Below are positions 10,930 to 23,700 of a stretch of 64,000 bases of DNA, one piece after another. Numbering within the stretch: position 1 is the first letter of the stretch; each line of letters opens with the position of its first letter. The position numbers were made by a program, and so were the translations under genes. Under the pieces are notes generated by a model. It worked only from the letters and a program-made list of their open reading frames with translations. It did no database searches and was not told the origin of the DNA. This DNA comes from the human T2T-CHM13v2.0 reference genome, Homo sapiens: NCBI RefSeq assembly GCF_009914755.1, contig NC_060931.1; one strand, given 5' to 3'.

Positions 10930-13397
10930 GAAAGTATGCAGTTTTTAAACCTAGCCTATGATCATTAACCAGTTCAGAGATAGCATTAATTCAACTCAAA
11001 AAGAAAATTACAATGTGGTAAATTTTATGCTATATTTCTGTGTTGTATTCAGTGAGCTTCTAAAATATGAATCATCAAAATGGCCATGTAATAACACAGC
11101 TTATATACTTCTGAACAGAGAGAATATTGAATATTTGAATCAAGCACCTGCAATCATTTTCAAAGTCCTCCAGACTTGTGATGTTGTACCAAAAAGAGAA
11201 ATGAATTCTGGACAGATCAGAGCCACTGAGGAAAAGAGCCTCAGAACTTCAAACTGAAAACATTGACATAGGTTCTTGAGCATTATGGAAGAAAAGTTGC
11301 TTTCTAACTAGCTGAGCCTTCAGATACTTACAAATAAAAATCATCACTGTGCATTTCACCAAGAGATAAAGAGTCTTGTCAGCTGTACTCTACAATATTT
11401 ATTACTAAGGAGTTACATTTTACATTGGTCAACAAGGGTATACAGAAAGCATTATATTTTGGTGATAATAACCTTTTAAGATAAGGAGTAGGACAAACAC
11501 ATGTCACAGTTTATTTGGTACTGTTCTTGGATATACTTCTCTGTCTGTTTAATTAATTATTAATAGTTTCCCTTTCACTTTTAAATATTTCCTTGTTTGG
11601 ACGGCAATTTATAGGGTCAACCTACTTAGGGGTGGCTAGTAATCACGTATATATAAGAAAGGCTAGTTAGAGAAAATATTAGTTATATATATTATATACA
11701 TATATAATCATATATATACTATATACATATATAATTATATATATACACCAAAATAATTGTCCTCTTATTACCAGAACATCTGCAAACAGATTATGAAATT
11801 GAGTTTATTGACAATTCAAAGTCTTCAACCCTTCGATGTTCCTTCCAGAAAAGTATTTCTTAATTCTTATATTTTTCTATCTTAATACATGTTAAAGTAC
11901 AAATTTTCTGGGTTAAAATAAACAACCAATTCTTAATCATGCCAAGAGTACAAATAGAGCCATCTCGGTAATAAGGTTTGGAGAAAGTGGGGCAGGAGAA
12001 GAGGAGGGAGGGAGGAAAGAAAAGAAGGGAGAGAAGAGAAGCTGATTAACATCAGCATAAAATCCACTACATTTTATTTTACTAAGCAACTTTTCTATTG
12101 TGATGAATGACATAATGAACAGTCAAGAGATAACCTAAAAGTTAGAAGACATCCTTCAGATATGTTTATTCATTCAACAAATATTTATACTCATTTGTAA
12201 AGAGCCTAGAAATCTTACCTTGCTTTATTTAACTTTTCCCTATAATATTAAGCCTAATATGCAGCACGTGGAATATTCTTTTTAATCTCATGGCTCAGAT
12301 GCTGTTCTTAGCCTCCCCAAATGTATATCCCGAAGTCCTCAATCAAAATTTCTTCAGGCCACATGTAAAGTGAGGAGAGATGTTGTGAAAACTGTCTCCT
12401 ATGGAAACCGTATTACAGCTTTGTGTCTTTATGTGTAACCAGGAACAACATTCACTTACACAAATTGAAATTTTATGAGTAACACATTGTACTATGGGTC
12501 ATGAATTTTATGTGATTTATAGCTTTGGATCTTCAGCTGAAGGTTTTACAATGTTTTATTTGTTAAACATTTTTTTCTGTTAATCTATTTTATGGAGTGT
12601 ATCTTTGTAAATAGAGCTGCTATGATATTCTTCCCATTTTATTTCCCCTCATTTGCTTGCATATATAAACAAAAAGAAGATAGAGAACTATGAAATGGCA
12701 GGGCTGCTTGGATGCCTGAGTGATTGTGAAATGCTAGACTTAAGGATGTTGCTAGGAAGCTGCTGCGGCTCTCTCACTGTAAATTAGCCACTCATTACAG
12801 CCAGTCAGATAAACAACCTTGCATGGGATGACTGGGGGGTTTTCAGCTCTTTACATTATTTGCTGAAGATTGCTTTCCTACCCACATTTCCTTCGATTTG
12901 ATTAAAATGCATATATTTCTCTTACTATCTTATCTTGTCATGCAGTTCTAAAGTGTGCTGCTAAGAAATCATCACATAGAATCACAGAAAGGATGATTTT
13001 ATGATGGAGGAATATTCATCCCATATTTTCTTCATTTCTTTTAGCTTTTTCTTAGAATGGGTTTTTTTCAGTCTCCATAACCAAGAAGTATTTCTTTGTA
13101 TCTCTCACCCAGGAGAGTTGTCTGTAGTTTAGTCAAAATTATTCCGTTTAAGCCTTGGTGTTGCTACCAATGTGAAGTTGATAGGTCAGTAGAGCTAGTC
13201 TCTCTCTCTCAATTCTCTAATCTTAACAATGGTAATGATGGTATTTCCTGCATACTCCACCTCAACAGCTCATTCTCAGAGTCAGGTAAAATGTCACAGG
13301 AAAAGGGATTTTGAAAAACATATAGTACTGAGAAAATGAAAGATACCATAATGATGTTTCTGTTTTGTTTTGTTTTAGTTAACCCTCTAAACTATGA

Positions 13398-13572
13398 TAC
13401 TGTTCAATAGAATTTTCTGCCATGACCAAAGAAACACTTGAAAATGTGGCTATGAGCATGTTAAATTTGGTGGATGTAAGGAACTAAATATTTAAGTTTA
13501 TTTAATTTTAACTAATTTAAATTTAAATGGGAACGTATAGGTAGAGGCTACCATGTCAGACAACAGAGCTGT
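13398..13572. mobile_element. MER3-like hAT-Charlie MITE
   Basis: ctgttcaatagaattttctg...ggaactaaat..ttaatttaaatttaaat...ggctaccatgtcagacaac. Confidence 0.65.
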
Positions 13573-14029
13573 AAGGCATTACATTTTTTTTAGTTACTAC
13601 ACACTAAGACTGTTTTTAAACACTTGAAAGTAATCAACCACTAACCTAATAATTTAGGTAAGTCCAGAAGAGATAAGAATTAATGAGACCTAGATTTCTA
13701 GACTTCTCTGGGGTAGACTATCTTAAATATATGTGTGTTTATATATATATATATGCTAATATATGCTATCTTAAAAACCTCTGAGATTAAGAAAGTAATT
13801 TATTAATGACTATATTGTCAGTAACTATATTTTATAACTATATTGTTAATAAAACAACTCCATATAGTTGACTTATATCATGAGAATACATATACACACA
13901 TAAATAAAGTCTATTTATATAGTATATTCTGTCAGGTTCAGTGATTTTACTGTGGAATAGTTCATCAGTGAGTCAAAAAACTTAGATACAAGGTCTTACC
14001 TAGGATGCTTTTGTACATGACCTTGGTTG

Positions 14030-14900
14030 ATTTACTCTTCTCCCAAAACACCATCAGTGATAAAATAAAATCTTGACTCTTCAGCTTGGCCTTCACAATC
14101 TACCTTCTTCTCTACATTTTTTCATCTTCTGTCACTCCATAACCCACAGTAGGCAACTCATCTATTTTTCAGCTTTTTCACATGTTCAATGAATAATTAT
14201 CAAGAACATACTATGTACAATACATTTTGCTAGATACTAAGGATACACCAATGAACAAAATACCATGTCTGCCACTCATGGAAAATAGTAGAAAATATTG
14301 ATAAAAATTGCATAATATTATGGACGATATTAGATTCGAATTATATGACATAAAAGTTGTGATTGGAAATTACAACTGGGGCACTGGTTTGGTTTGTGAG
14401 AGTCCCAGAAAGTCTTCTCTTTGAGTGTGACAGTTAGTCCTAAAGGTTAAAAGCATTTAGCCAGGATGGAACATTTAGGGGAGAAACGCGACATGACTGT
14501 CTTATGGTGCTACCTCTGCCTTTAGCCCTCCCCTTCACATGGTGAAATAGTTTGTTTGTCTCATCAAACTCCCATATTGCTACCTTTGAAAAACAGTCCA
14601 AGAACCTTCATCACTGCTAACCTATCTCTGTCATAGCATCTAAGTCTGACAAATTATAATTGCTTGTATTTATGGCAGTCTCCTCTCCAGACTTTGAGTC
14701 CCTCTAGAGAAACATGCTTTGTATTTATATCCTCTAGCATTTATTTATTGTGGGGCCCTGAATAAATGTGAGGAATAAAAAATAAATAACAAACTCCCTT
14801 CCCTTTCAGAGTTCAAATTAAAAAAGGGAAACAGCTTTGAAATAAATTTTTGTTACTCTACTTGATCCATGCTACAAGAGAGACCTGCCAAACTGCAATA
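14030..14900. mobile_element. Cluster of L2 fragments on both strands
   Basis: L2 3' motifs: ttcaatgaataattatcaagaacatactatgt, ctccagactttgagtccct, aataaatgtg. Confidence 0.5.
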
Positions 14901-15459
14901 GAATAATGAATAACAGCTTTTAGGGGTAGGAGTAGTCAGAAAAATAAGAAGCAGGTATCCAAATAAATATTTTGTATAGTCTGATAAAATCTACTCCATG
15001 ATTATTTTAAAAAGAGCTACTAGAATAAAGATTGGTAAAAACAGCACAAATATAGTAAGGCAAATGTAATAAAAAGTAAAGATGAATGGAATCAGTGTCT
15101 ATGGAAATAGATCTACTGTCAATATTATTGTGTCCATCAAAGACAGCCCTTAACTGTTGCTAACTAAATTTATAGCATGGGCAATCACTAACGTGAACCT
15201 GTTTCCTCTTCTATAAAATGCAGAGTGTGGATGGATGTGAGCAATGTTTTCTAAAGAATATTCCATATGGCTTCCTAGAATGTTAATACTAAAAAAAATG
15301 TTGGAAGCTCTGAATTCCGTATAATTCATTAGGTTTCTTTAGATTAGGACTTCCCAGAATCTATCATAGGCTAATAAACAGTGTGGCTTACTTGAGGGGC
15401 CCATCATACACTTTTCTCAAATCTATTTGAAACATGAAACCTGTGAATCATTTATGTAT

Positions 15460-16060
15460 ACAGTTACAATTTACAATAACATAAATAAAAGGAAAAGAAT
15501 ACGGTGCTATGAAATAGAATAACCCACTTTAGATTGGGTGGTCTGGGTACACCTCTCTGAGATCTGAAGTGTGAGATGAAGGATGAAAAGAAATCACAGA
15601 GAGGAAGGGACAAGCATTTCAGAAAGAGGAAGCAGTACGTGCATACCCCTGATGATGAAAAGTAACTTGGTTCATTCATTTTAGGTGCTGAAAGGTCACA
15701 GCGGTTTGAGCATCTGAAGCTCTGGGTCAGAAAAAGCCAAGTGGCAGAGGTAGATGTAAGCATGGGGCACACTAAGACAGTGCTGCAGTGTTCATAGTTA
15801 ATCAAGGCATGACTTCATTGAGAAAGTCTTGATAAGAAAGAAAAAGGTCAGCTGAATCAAACAGTGTGCTTACTGATATGATTGATTTTTCCATGTGTCA
15901 TCAGTACGTTATGTCATAGCAAATCTGTAACAACAGTTCATATTCTGGTACTTTAAGTAAAACTCCAGGAACCTGGACTTAATTCTGAGTGCAATGGAAA
16001 GCTACTGAGTTTAAGCAGAAAAGTGATATTCATTCTGAAAAAAAAAAAATCACTTTGAAG
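15460..16060 (-). mobile_element. L2 fragment(s)
   Basis: gagatctgaagtgtgagatgaaggatgaaaag; ggacttaattctgagtgcaatggaaagctactg. Confidence 0.55.
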
Positions 16061-17040
16061 GTGTTAAAAACCAGAGATGGATGTTTCTGCCCTCACATTG
16101 CTTATGCCTGCATATATACAATGTAATGTTGCCCATTCTGTTGACAAATTTGACTGTACTTATGTCCAGTGAGAAATAAAATGGGAGTAAGAGATTCTCC
16201 TTTTCACAGTTTTAATGTCCCTTACACATTTTTAAAAGTGGGTATACAGGGCTCAATATCACCATTTTAATACTCTAATTTTTCATCCTTCCCTTTCATT
16301 TTTGGTCATACTATTTCTATTCTACCCCAAAGTGAAATGAATAGAAGACTTTTGGGCAGAATCTATTAGAGAATATCTCTTCTTTCTCTTAACTGTTCTA
16401 CACTAAAATTATTCTAAAGAATGAATTTTAATTCTTCTATTCCTTGCAACACAAACTCTGAGTTTGGAAAGCTATATTTCCTTCTGTCTTATCATTCAAT
16501 ATACTTTCCCATACCCTGGAAGCAAAATATGAAGTGTTCAAGGACTGTGCTCCTTTCTCTTGAATGCTGTGAAGTTTCTTTACTAAGAGTAGCCCATTTA
16601 GAACTGTGTGCAGCACCATCTTGTGACAAATGAAGTAACTGCTTTTAGTGAAGAGCATGTGCACATTAGTGTCTGATCTGCATAATTCAACACCAAATTT
16701 AGAGGTTTTTATAAAATCAGTGAGCAGTGAGGAGCGGATATGGTATCTTGGCATTTCATGTTATTTTTCCATCAGAACTTGAAGTAAAAAATTGAAAACA
16801 ATAACATTTGAATTATTCAATGCTAAAAATGTTCTCTAAAAAGTTATATCCCACTTTTACTAAAAAAAATTATATTAATGAAAAAGTAAGCTAGAGGTTA
16901 ATGATGCACTTAAATATTTAATATCTCCAGGCTAAAGTTTGTAGATACTGAATCATAATCACTTTATGCTGGTGACATCGCAAGTGATGACCTTTTCCCA
17001 AGAGCCCTGCTCCACAAGCAAGATAAGTATTTAGTCTTGT

Positions 17041-17170
17041 GGCCAGGTGTGGTGGTTCACACCTGTAGTCCCAGGAATTTGTGAGGCAGAGGCTGGCAGA
17101 TTGAGCCCTGAAGGGCAAGGCTGCAGTGAGCTGCGATAGTGCCACCGAGTGACAGAGCGAGATCCTCTCC
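17041..17170 (+). mobile_element. FRAM / old Alu right monomer
   Basis: ggccaggtgtggtggttcacacctgtagtcccag...aggctgcagtgagc...gacagagcgaga. No left arm. Confidence 0.8.
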
Positions 17171-17767
17171 CCAAGTTACTCTCTTCATTTTCAATGTACA
17201 ATTTATAGTCAGCACACAGTTATTCTCAACTAGACATAACACATTGCTTTATGGAATAGAGGAATTTTCTGTGTATATGACTGGGAACACAAAGTCCTGA
17301 TTTATTATCATGGCCCTTGCTCTGCTTAGCACCTTTGTCTGGAAAACATCTCCAAAAAACATAGAAACTTTTGAATTCTATAGAAGGGAAATATTTTCTT
17401 TATAAAATAGTGGAAAAATATTTTCTGCTAAATATTATTGAATGGTATGCATTATGTGAAATAGTGTTATTTGTAGATGTTGCTCTTTTAGTCATAAAGT
17501 TCTCAAATGCTGATTTAAGGATCCAGCTTGTTTGGACCTCACACAGAAAATTGAATAAAAATAGGTTAGCACTTCTAACTTAATAAATCTTTTAGTGAGT
17601 ATGCTCAAGAAGGAAGAGAGACTTCAGATTATGCAAAATGTTGACCATAGAAGCAAGGAACAATCACAGCATTTCTCCATTGTTTCCCTTTTCTGGTGAA
17701 GTAGAATAAACCCCTGATTAAATAAATTCAACTGCTGACATTCAAATACACACTTAAATGTTATAAT

Positions 17768-20700
17768 TTTTTAAATTTCAATAGCTTTTGGGGTACGAGT
17801 GGTTTTGGTTACATGAATGAAATATATAGTGGTGAATTCTGAGATTTTAATGCACCTGTCACCCGAGTAGTGTACGTTTTACCCAATATGTAGTTTCTTC
17901 TTCCATAACTCCTTCCCACCCTGTCCCTTCTGAGTCTCCGAAGTCCATTATGTCACTCTGTATGCATTTGCATACTCATAGCTTAGCTCCCGCTTATAAG
18001 TGAGTACATATGATATTTGGTTTTCCATTCTTGAGTTACTTCACCAAGAATAATGGCCTCAGTTACATCCAAGTTGCTGCAAAAGGCATTATTTCATTCT
18101 TTTTATGGCTGAATAGTATTTCATGGTGTATATATACCACATTTTCTTTATCTACTCATTGGTCAATGGGCACTCAGGCTGGTTCCATATCTTTGCAACT
18201 GTGAATTGTGCTGCAATAAATGTACACATGTATGTGACTTTTTTATGCAATGACCTTTTTTCCTTTGGGTAGGAAAAGTACATCTACCATTCAATCCAGT
18301 AATTCCACTACTCCTCTTTATTTTTTGGCCGTACAATCCCTCTGGGTAGTGGAATTACTGGATTGAATGGTAGATGTACTTTTAGTTCTTTAAAGAATCT
18401 TTGTACTCTTTTCCATAGAGGTTGTACTAATTTACATTCCCAACAGCAGTGTGTAAGGGTTCTGCTTTCACCACATCCCTGACAACATCTATTGTTTTTT
18501 GGCCAATGGCCATTCTTACAGGAATAAGTCGTATCTCATTGCGGTTTTAATTTGCACTTCCTTGATGATTACTGATGTTGAGTATTTTTTATATGTTTAT
18601 TGGCCACTTGTATATCTTCTTTTGAGAAGTGTCTATTCATGTTCTTTGCCCAGTTTTTGATGGGATTAAATGTATTTTTCTTGCTGATTTGTTTGAGTTC
18701 CTTCTAGATTCTGGATACTAGTCCTTTGTCAGATGCATACTTTTCAAATATTTTCTCCCATTCTTCATGAGAAGAAACAATCATGAGAGAAAGCTCTTTA
18801 GTTTAATTAGGTCCCATTTATTTATGCTCTTGTTGTATTTGCTTTTGGGATTTCAGTCATAAATTCTTTGCCTAGGCCAATGTCCAGAAGAGGTTTTCCA
18901 ACGTTATATTTTCATGGTTCCAGGTCTTACATTTAATTCTTTAATTCATCTTGGGTTGATTTTTATATAAGGTGAGAGATGAGGATCCAGTTTCATTCTT
19001 CTACATGTGGCTAGCTAGTTCTACATGTGGCTAGCTAGCATTTAATAAATAAATACCCAATTTATTTATGTATTATTTATTAAATATTTAATACCCTATT
19101 TAACATTTAATAATTTAATATTTAATATTTAATTTAATATTTAATAAATACCCTATTTATTAAATAGGATATCCTTTTCCCAATTTATGTTTTTGTATGC
19201 TTTGTTAAAGACCAGTTGGTTGTAAGCATTTGGGTTTATTTCTGGGTTCTCTATTTTGTTCCATTGGTCTATGTGCCTACTTTATACTAGTACCCTGCTG
19301 TTTTGGTAACCCTAGCCTTGTAGTATAATTTGAAGTCCAGTAATGTGATGTCTCCAGAATTTTTGCTTAGAATTGCTTTGGCTATTCAGGCTCTTTTTTG
19401 CTTCCATATGAATTTTGGACTTTTGTTTCTAATTCTGTGAAAAATGATATTGGTATTTTGATGGGAATTGCATTGAATGTGTAGAGCACTTTGGGCAATA
19501 TGATCACTTTCACAATATTGATTCTTCCAATCCATGAGCATAGGATGTGTTCACATTTGTTTTTGTCATCTATTATTTCTTTCAGCAGTGTTTTTTAGTT
19601 TTCCATGTAGAGATCATTCACTCCTTGGTTAAATATATTCCTAGGTATTTTATTTCTTTTGTAGCTGTTATAAAAGGGATTGAGGAATTGGTTTGATTTG
19701 CAGCTTGGTCGTTGTTGGCGCCTAGTAGTGCTACTGATATATACTGATATATACATCGATTTCTTAACCTGAGACTTTACTGCAGTCATTTATCAAATCT
19801 AGGAGTCCTTTGGAGGAGTCTTTAGGGATTTTTAGGTATACGATCATATTGTTAAACAGTGATAGTTTGACTTTTTTCAATTTGAATGCCCTTTATTTAT
19901 TTCTCTTGCCTGATTTCTCTGGCTAGGATTTCCAGTACTGTATTGAAACAAAATAGTGAAAGTGGGCATCCTCATCTTGTTTCAGTTCTCAGGGGAATGC
20001 TTTTGATTTTTCCCCATTCAATATAATGTCAACTGTGGGTTTGCCATATATGGCTTTTATTAACTTAAGATAAGTTCCTTCTATGCCTAGTTTGATGAGG
20101 GTTTTTGATAATAAAGTGATGCTTAATTTTATCAAATGCTTTTTCTGCATCTGAAGAAATAATCTTTTTTTGTTTTTATTTCTGTTTATATGATGTATCA
20201 CATGCATTGACTTGCATATGTTAAACCATCCCTGCCTCCCTGGGATGAAACCCACTTGATCATGGTATATTATCTTTTTGATGTGCTGTTAGATTTGGTT
20301 AGTTAGCATTTTGCTGAGGATTTTTGCATCTATGTTCATCAGGGATATTGGTCTGTAGCTTTCTTTTTTTGTTATGTCCTTTCCTGGTTTGGGTATCAGG
20401 GTGGTACTTGCTTCATAGAATTATTTAAGGATTCCTTCTCTCTCAATCTTCTGGAATAGTTTCAGTAGGATTGGTACCAATTCTTTGAATGTCTGATAAA
20501 ATTCAGCTGTGAATCCATCTGGCCCTAGGCTTATATTGTTGGCATTTTTTTTATTACCGATTCAATCTAGCTGCATGTTATTTGTCTGTTCAAATATCTA
20601 TTTCTTCTTGATTTAATCTAGGAGGGTTGCATGCTTCCAGGAATTTATCCTTTTTCTTTAGGTTTTCCAGTTTGTGTACATAGAGATGTTCATAATAGTC

Positions 20701-23700
20701 TTGATCTTTGTATTCCTGTGGTTTTGGTTGTAATATCTCCAGTTTCCTTTCTAATTAAACTTATTTGAAACTTCTCTCTTATTTTCTTGGTTAATCTAGC
20801 TAATGTTTTATCAATTTTGTTTATCTTTCCAAAGAAGCAGCTTTTTGTTTCATTGTCCTTTGTTTTTTTGTTTGTTTCAATTTCATTTAGTTCTGCTCTG
20901 ATCATTGTTATTTATTTTATTCTGCTAGCTTTGGGTTTAGTTTGTTCTTGTTTCTCTAGTTCCTTGAAGTGTGACATTAGGTTGTCAATTTGTGATCTTT
21001 CAGACTTTTTGATGTAGGTAATCATTGAGTAACATAAACCTTCCTCTTAGCATTGCTTTTGCTGTATCCCAGAGGCTTTGAAAACTTGTGTCACTGTTAT
21101 CAGTTATTTCAAATAATTTTTAAATTTCTATCTTGATTTCATTGTTATCTAAAAATCATTCAGAAACATATTGTTTAATTTTGATGTATTTGTATAGTTT
21201 TGAGAGTTCCTTTTGGAGTTGATTTCTAGTTTTATTTCACTGTGATCCAAGAAGATACTTGATGTGATTTTGATTTTTTTTTAATTTATCAGAATTTGTT
21301 TTGTGGCCCATCACATGATCTATCATGGAGAATTTTCCATGTGCTGGTGAGAAGAATGTATATTCTACAGTTATTCGGTAGAATGGACCATAAATATCTG
21401 ATAGGTCCATTTGTTCTAGAATGTAGTTTAAGTCCATTGTTTCTTTGTTGACTTTATGTCTTGATGATCTGTCTAGTGCTGTTAGTGTAGTGGGAGCTGC
21501 AGTGTTAGGTGCATATAAATTTAGGATTGTCATATCTTCTTGTTTGATTAATCATCATTATATAATGACCTTCTTTGTCTTTTTTTTTTTTTTTTTTTTA
21601 CTGTTGTTACTTTACAGTCTGTCTTATCTGACATAAGAATAGCTACTCCTGCTCACTTTCGGTTTCCTTTTGGGTGGAAGATCTTTTTCCACCTCTTTAC
21701 CTTGAATTTACCTAAATCCTTACATGTTAGGTACATCCCTTAAAGACAGCAGATATTTGGTTTGTGATTTTTTTAATCCATTCTACCAATCTGTATCTTC
21801 CAATCTATCTACATTTACATTAAACATTAATATTAAGATGTAAGGTACTATTCCATTCATCATGTTAGTTGTTATCTAGACACTTTGATTTTTTGTTATG
21901 TTATTGTTTTATAGGCCCTGTGAGTTTCATGCTATTTTGCTGCATATTGAGTACCTGTTTCAAGATTCAGAACACTGTTTAGCGTATCTTGTAAGGTTGG
22001 TCTAGTAGTACCAAATTCTCTCAGCATTTGCTTATCTGAAAATGACTTTATTTCTCCTACATTTACGAAACTTAGTTTTGCTGGATACAGAACGCTTGGC
22101 TGACAGCTATTATGTTTATGAAGGTTAAAGATAGGACTCTAATCCCTTCTGGCTTGTAAGGTTTCTTTTGAGTAGTCTGCTGTTACTCTGATAGGTTTTG
22201 CTTTATAGCTTACCTGATGCTTTTGTCTCACTGCTCTTAGAATTCTTTCATTCATGTTGGCTTTAGATAGCCTGATAACTATACTCCTTGTTGATGAGCT
22301 TTTTTGCAATGACTCTCGCAGGAGTTCTTTGAACTTCTTGTATTTGAATATCTAAATCTCTAGCAAGGCCAGGGAAGTTTTCCTCAATTATTACCTCAAA
22401 TAAGTTTTTCAAACTTTTTGCTTTCTCTTCTCCCCCAGGAACATCAATTATTCTAAGGTTTGGCTCTTTTATATAATCAGTTTATTTTGTTTATTTATTT
22501 ATTTTTCTTATTTTTCCTGATTCAGTCCATTAAAAAGCCTTGTCTTCAAGCTCTGAAATTCCTTCTTCTATTTGTTATAGTCTATTGTTGAAACTTTCCA
22601 CTGCGTTTTGTAATTCTCTAAGTGTGCCTTTGATTTCCAGAAGTTGATTGGATTTTCTTTAAGATATCTATTTATAATTTTTTTCATTCATAACCTGAGT
22701 TGTTTTTTAAATTTTATTATTTTTTTCACCTTCTCTGCTATCTCCTTGAGCAGCTTAATAATCAATCTTTTAAATTCTTTATCTGGTATTTCAAAGATTT
22801 CATCTTGGTTTGGATCCATTGCTGGGGGGCTAGTGTGATCTTTCGGGGGCTATTGGAGAAACCTATTGTGTCATATTACTAGAATCATTGTTCTGATTCC
22901 TTCTCATTTGGGTATACTCTTTCTTCTAATTATTCTTGAATTTATTTTGTATTTGACTGTGTGGTTTTCTTAATTTTGTTTTTCCCCCTTAAGGATATAA
23001 CTTTAATGTCTATAGTTTATCATAGCCTAAATCAGCTCTTGGTGCTATAGGGGTGAAGAAATCAGAGTTATTGGTTATAGAGAGTCTTTTTATGATTGCT
23101 TTCTCAGATGCTGGTTGTAATAGCAATGTACTCTGTGTGTGAGCAAGTTCACTGTCTCTTACAGGATTGGAATGGCAGAGGTCTGTTGAAGCTTATCTCA
23201 TTTCCCCATGGTGTGCACGTTTGCATTTATTTATTTTCCCCATTATTTTATTTACTGGATTGAATAGTTCAGGCTTCAGGACAATGGGGGAGGTGTCCAT
23301 GGGTAAAAACTGGATTTGGCTAAAGCATGTGATTAAATGCAATACCCAATGGTGGGTAGAGGTTCCAGCCTTGTCAGATGTGGCTGGGGAAGCTTTCAGT
23401 GAAACACACTAAGGTCTTATTAGAGGGAAGGGCTGGAGTCACCTCAGCTCCCCTGCCAGACCAACAGGAAAGTGATCTACCTCCTAGACACACTTCTGAC
23501 CCAATGTTCTGGCTATTCAGATCAGATGGGCACCTCTTTTAATCTGCAGGAATGTTGATGTTCCAAGTAAAGAGGAACTGTGACTCTACTTCTCATGAAA
23601 ACCTGAACCTGGAAGGTGCTTTTCCTGTGGGGAAGCAGTCACCCTGAAGTGTTCCAGAAAGGCTGTATATAGATAGGTGCACTCATGCCGAGATCTCATG

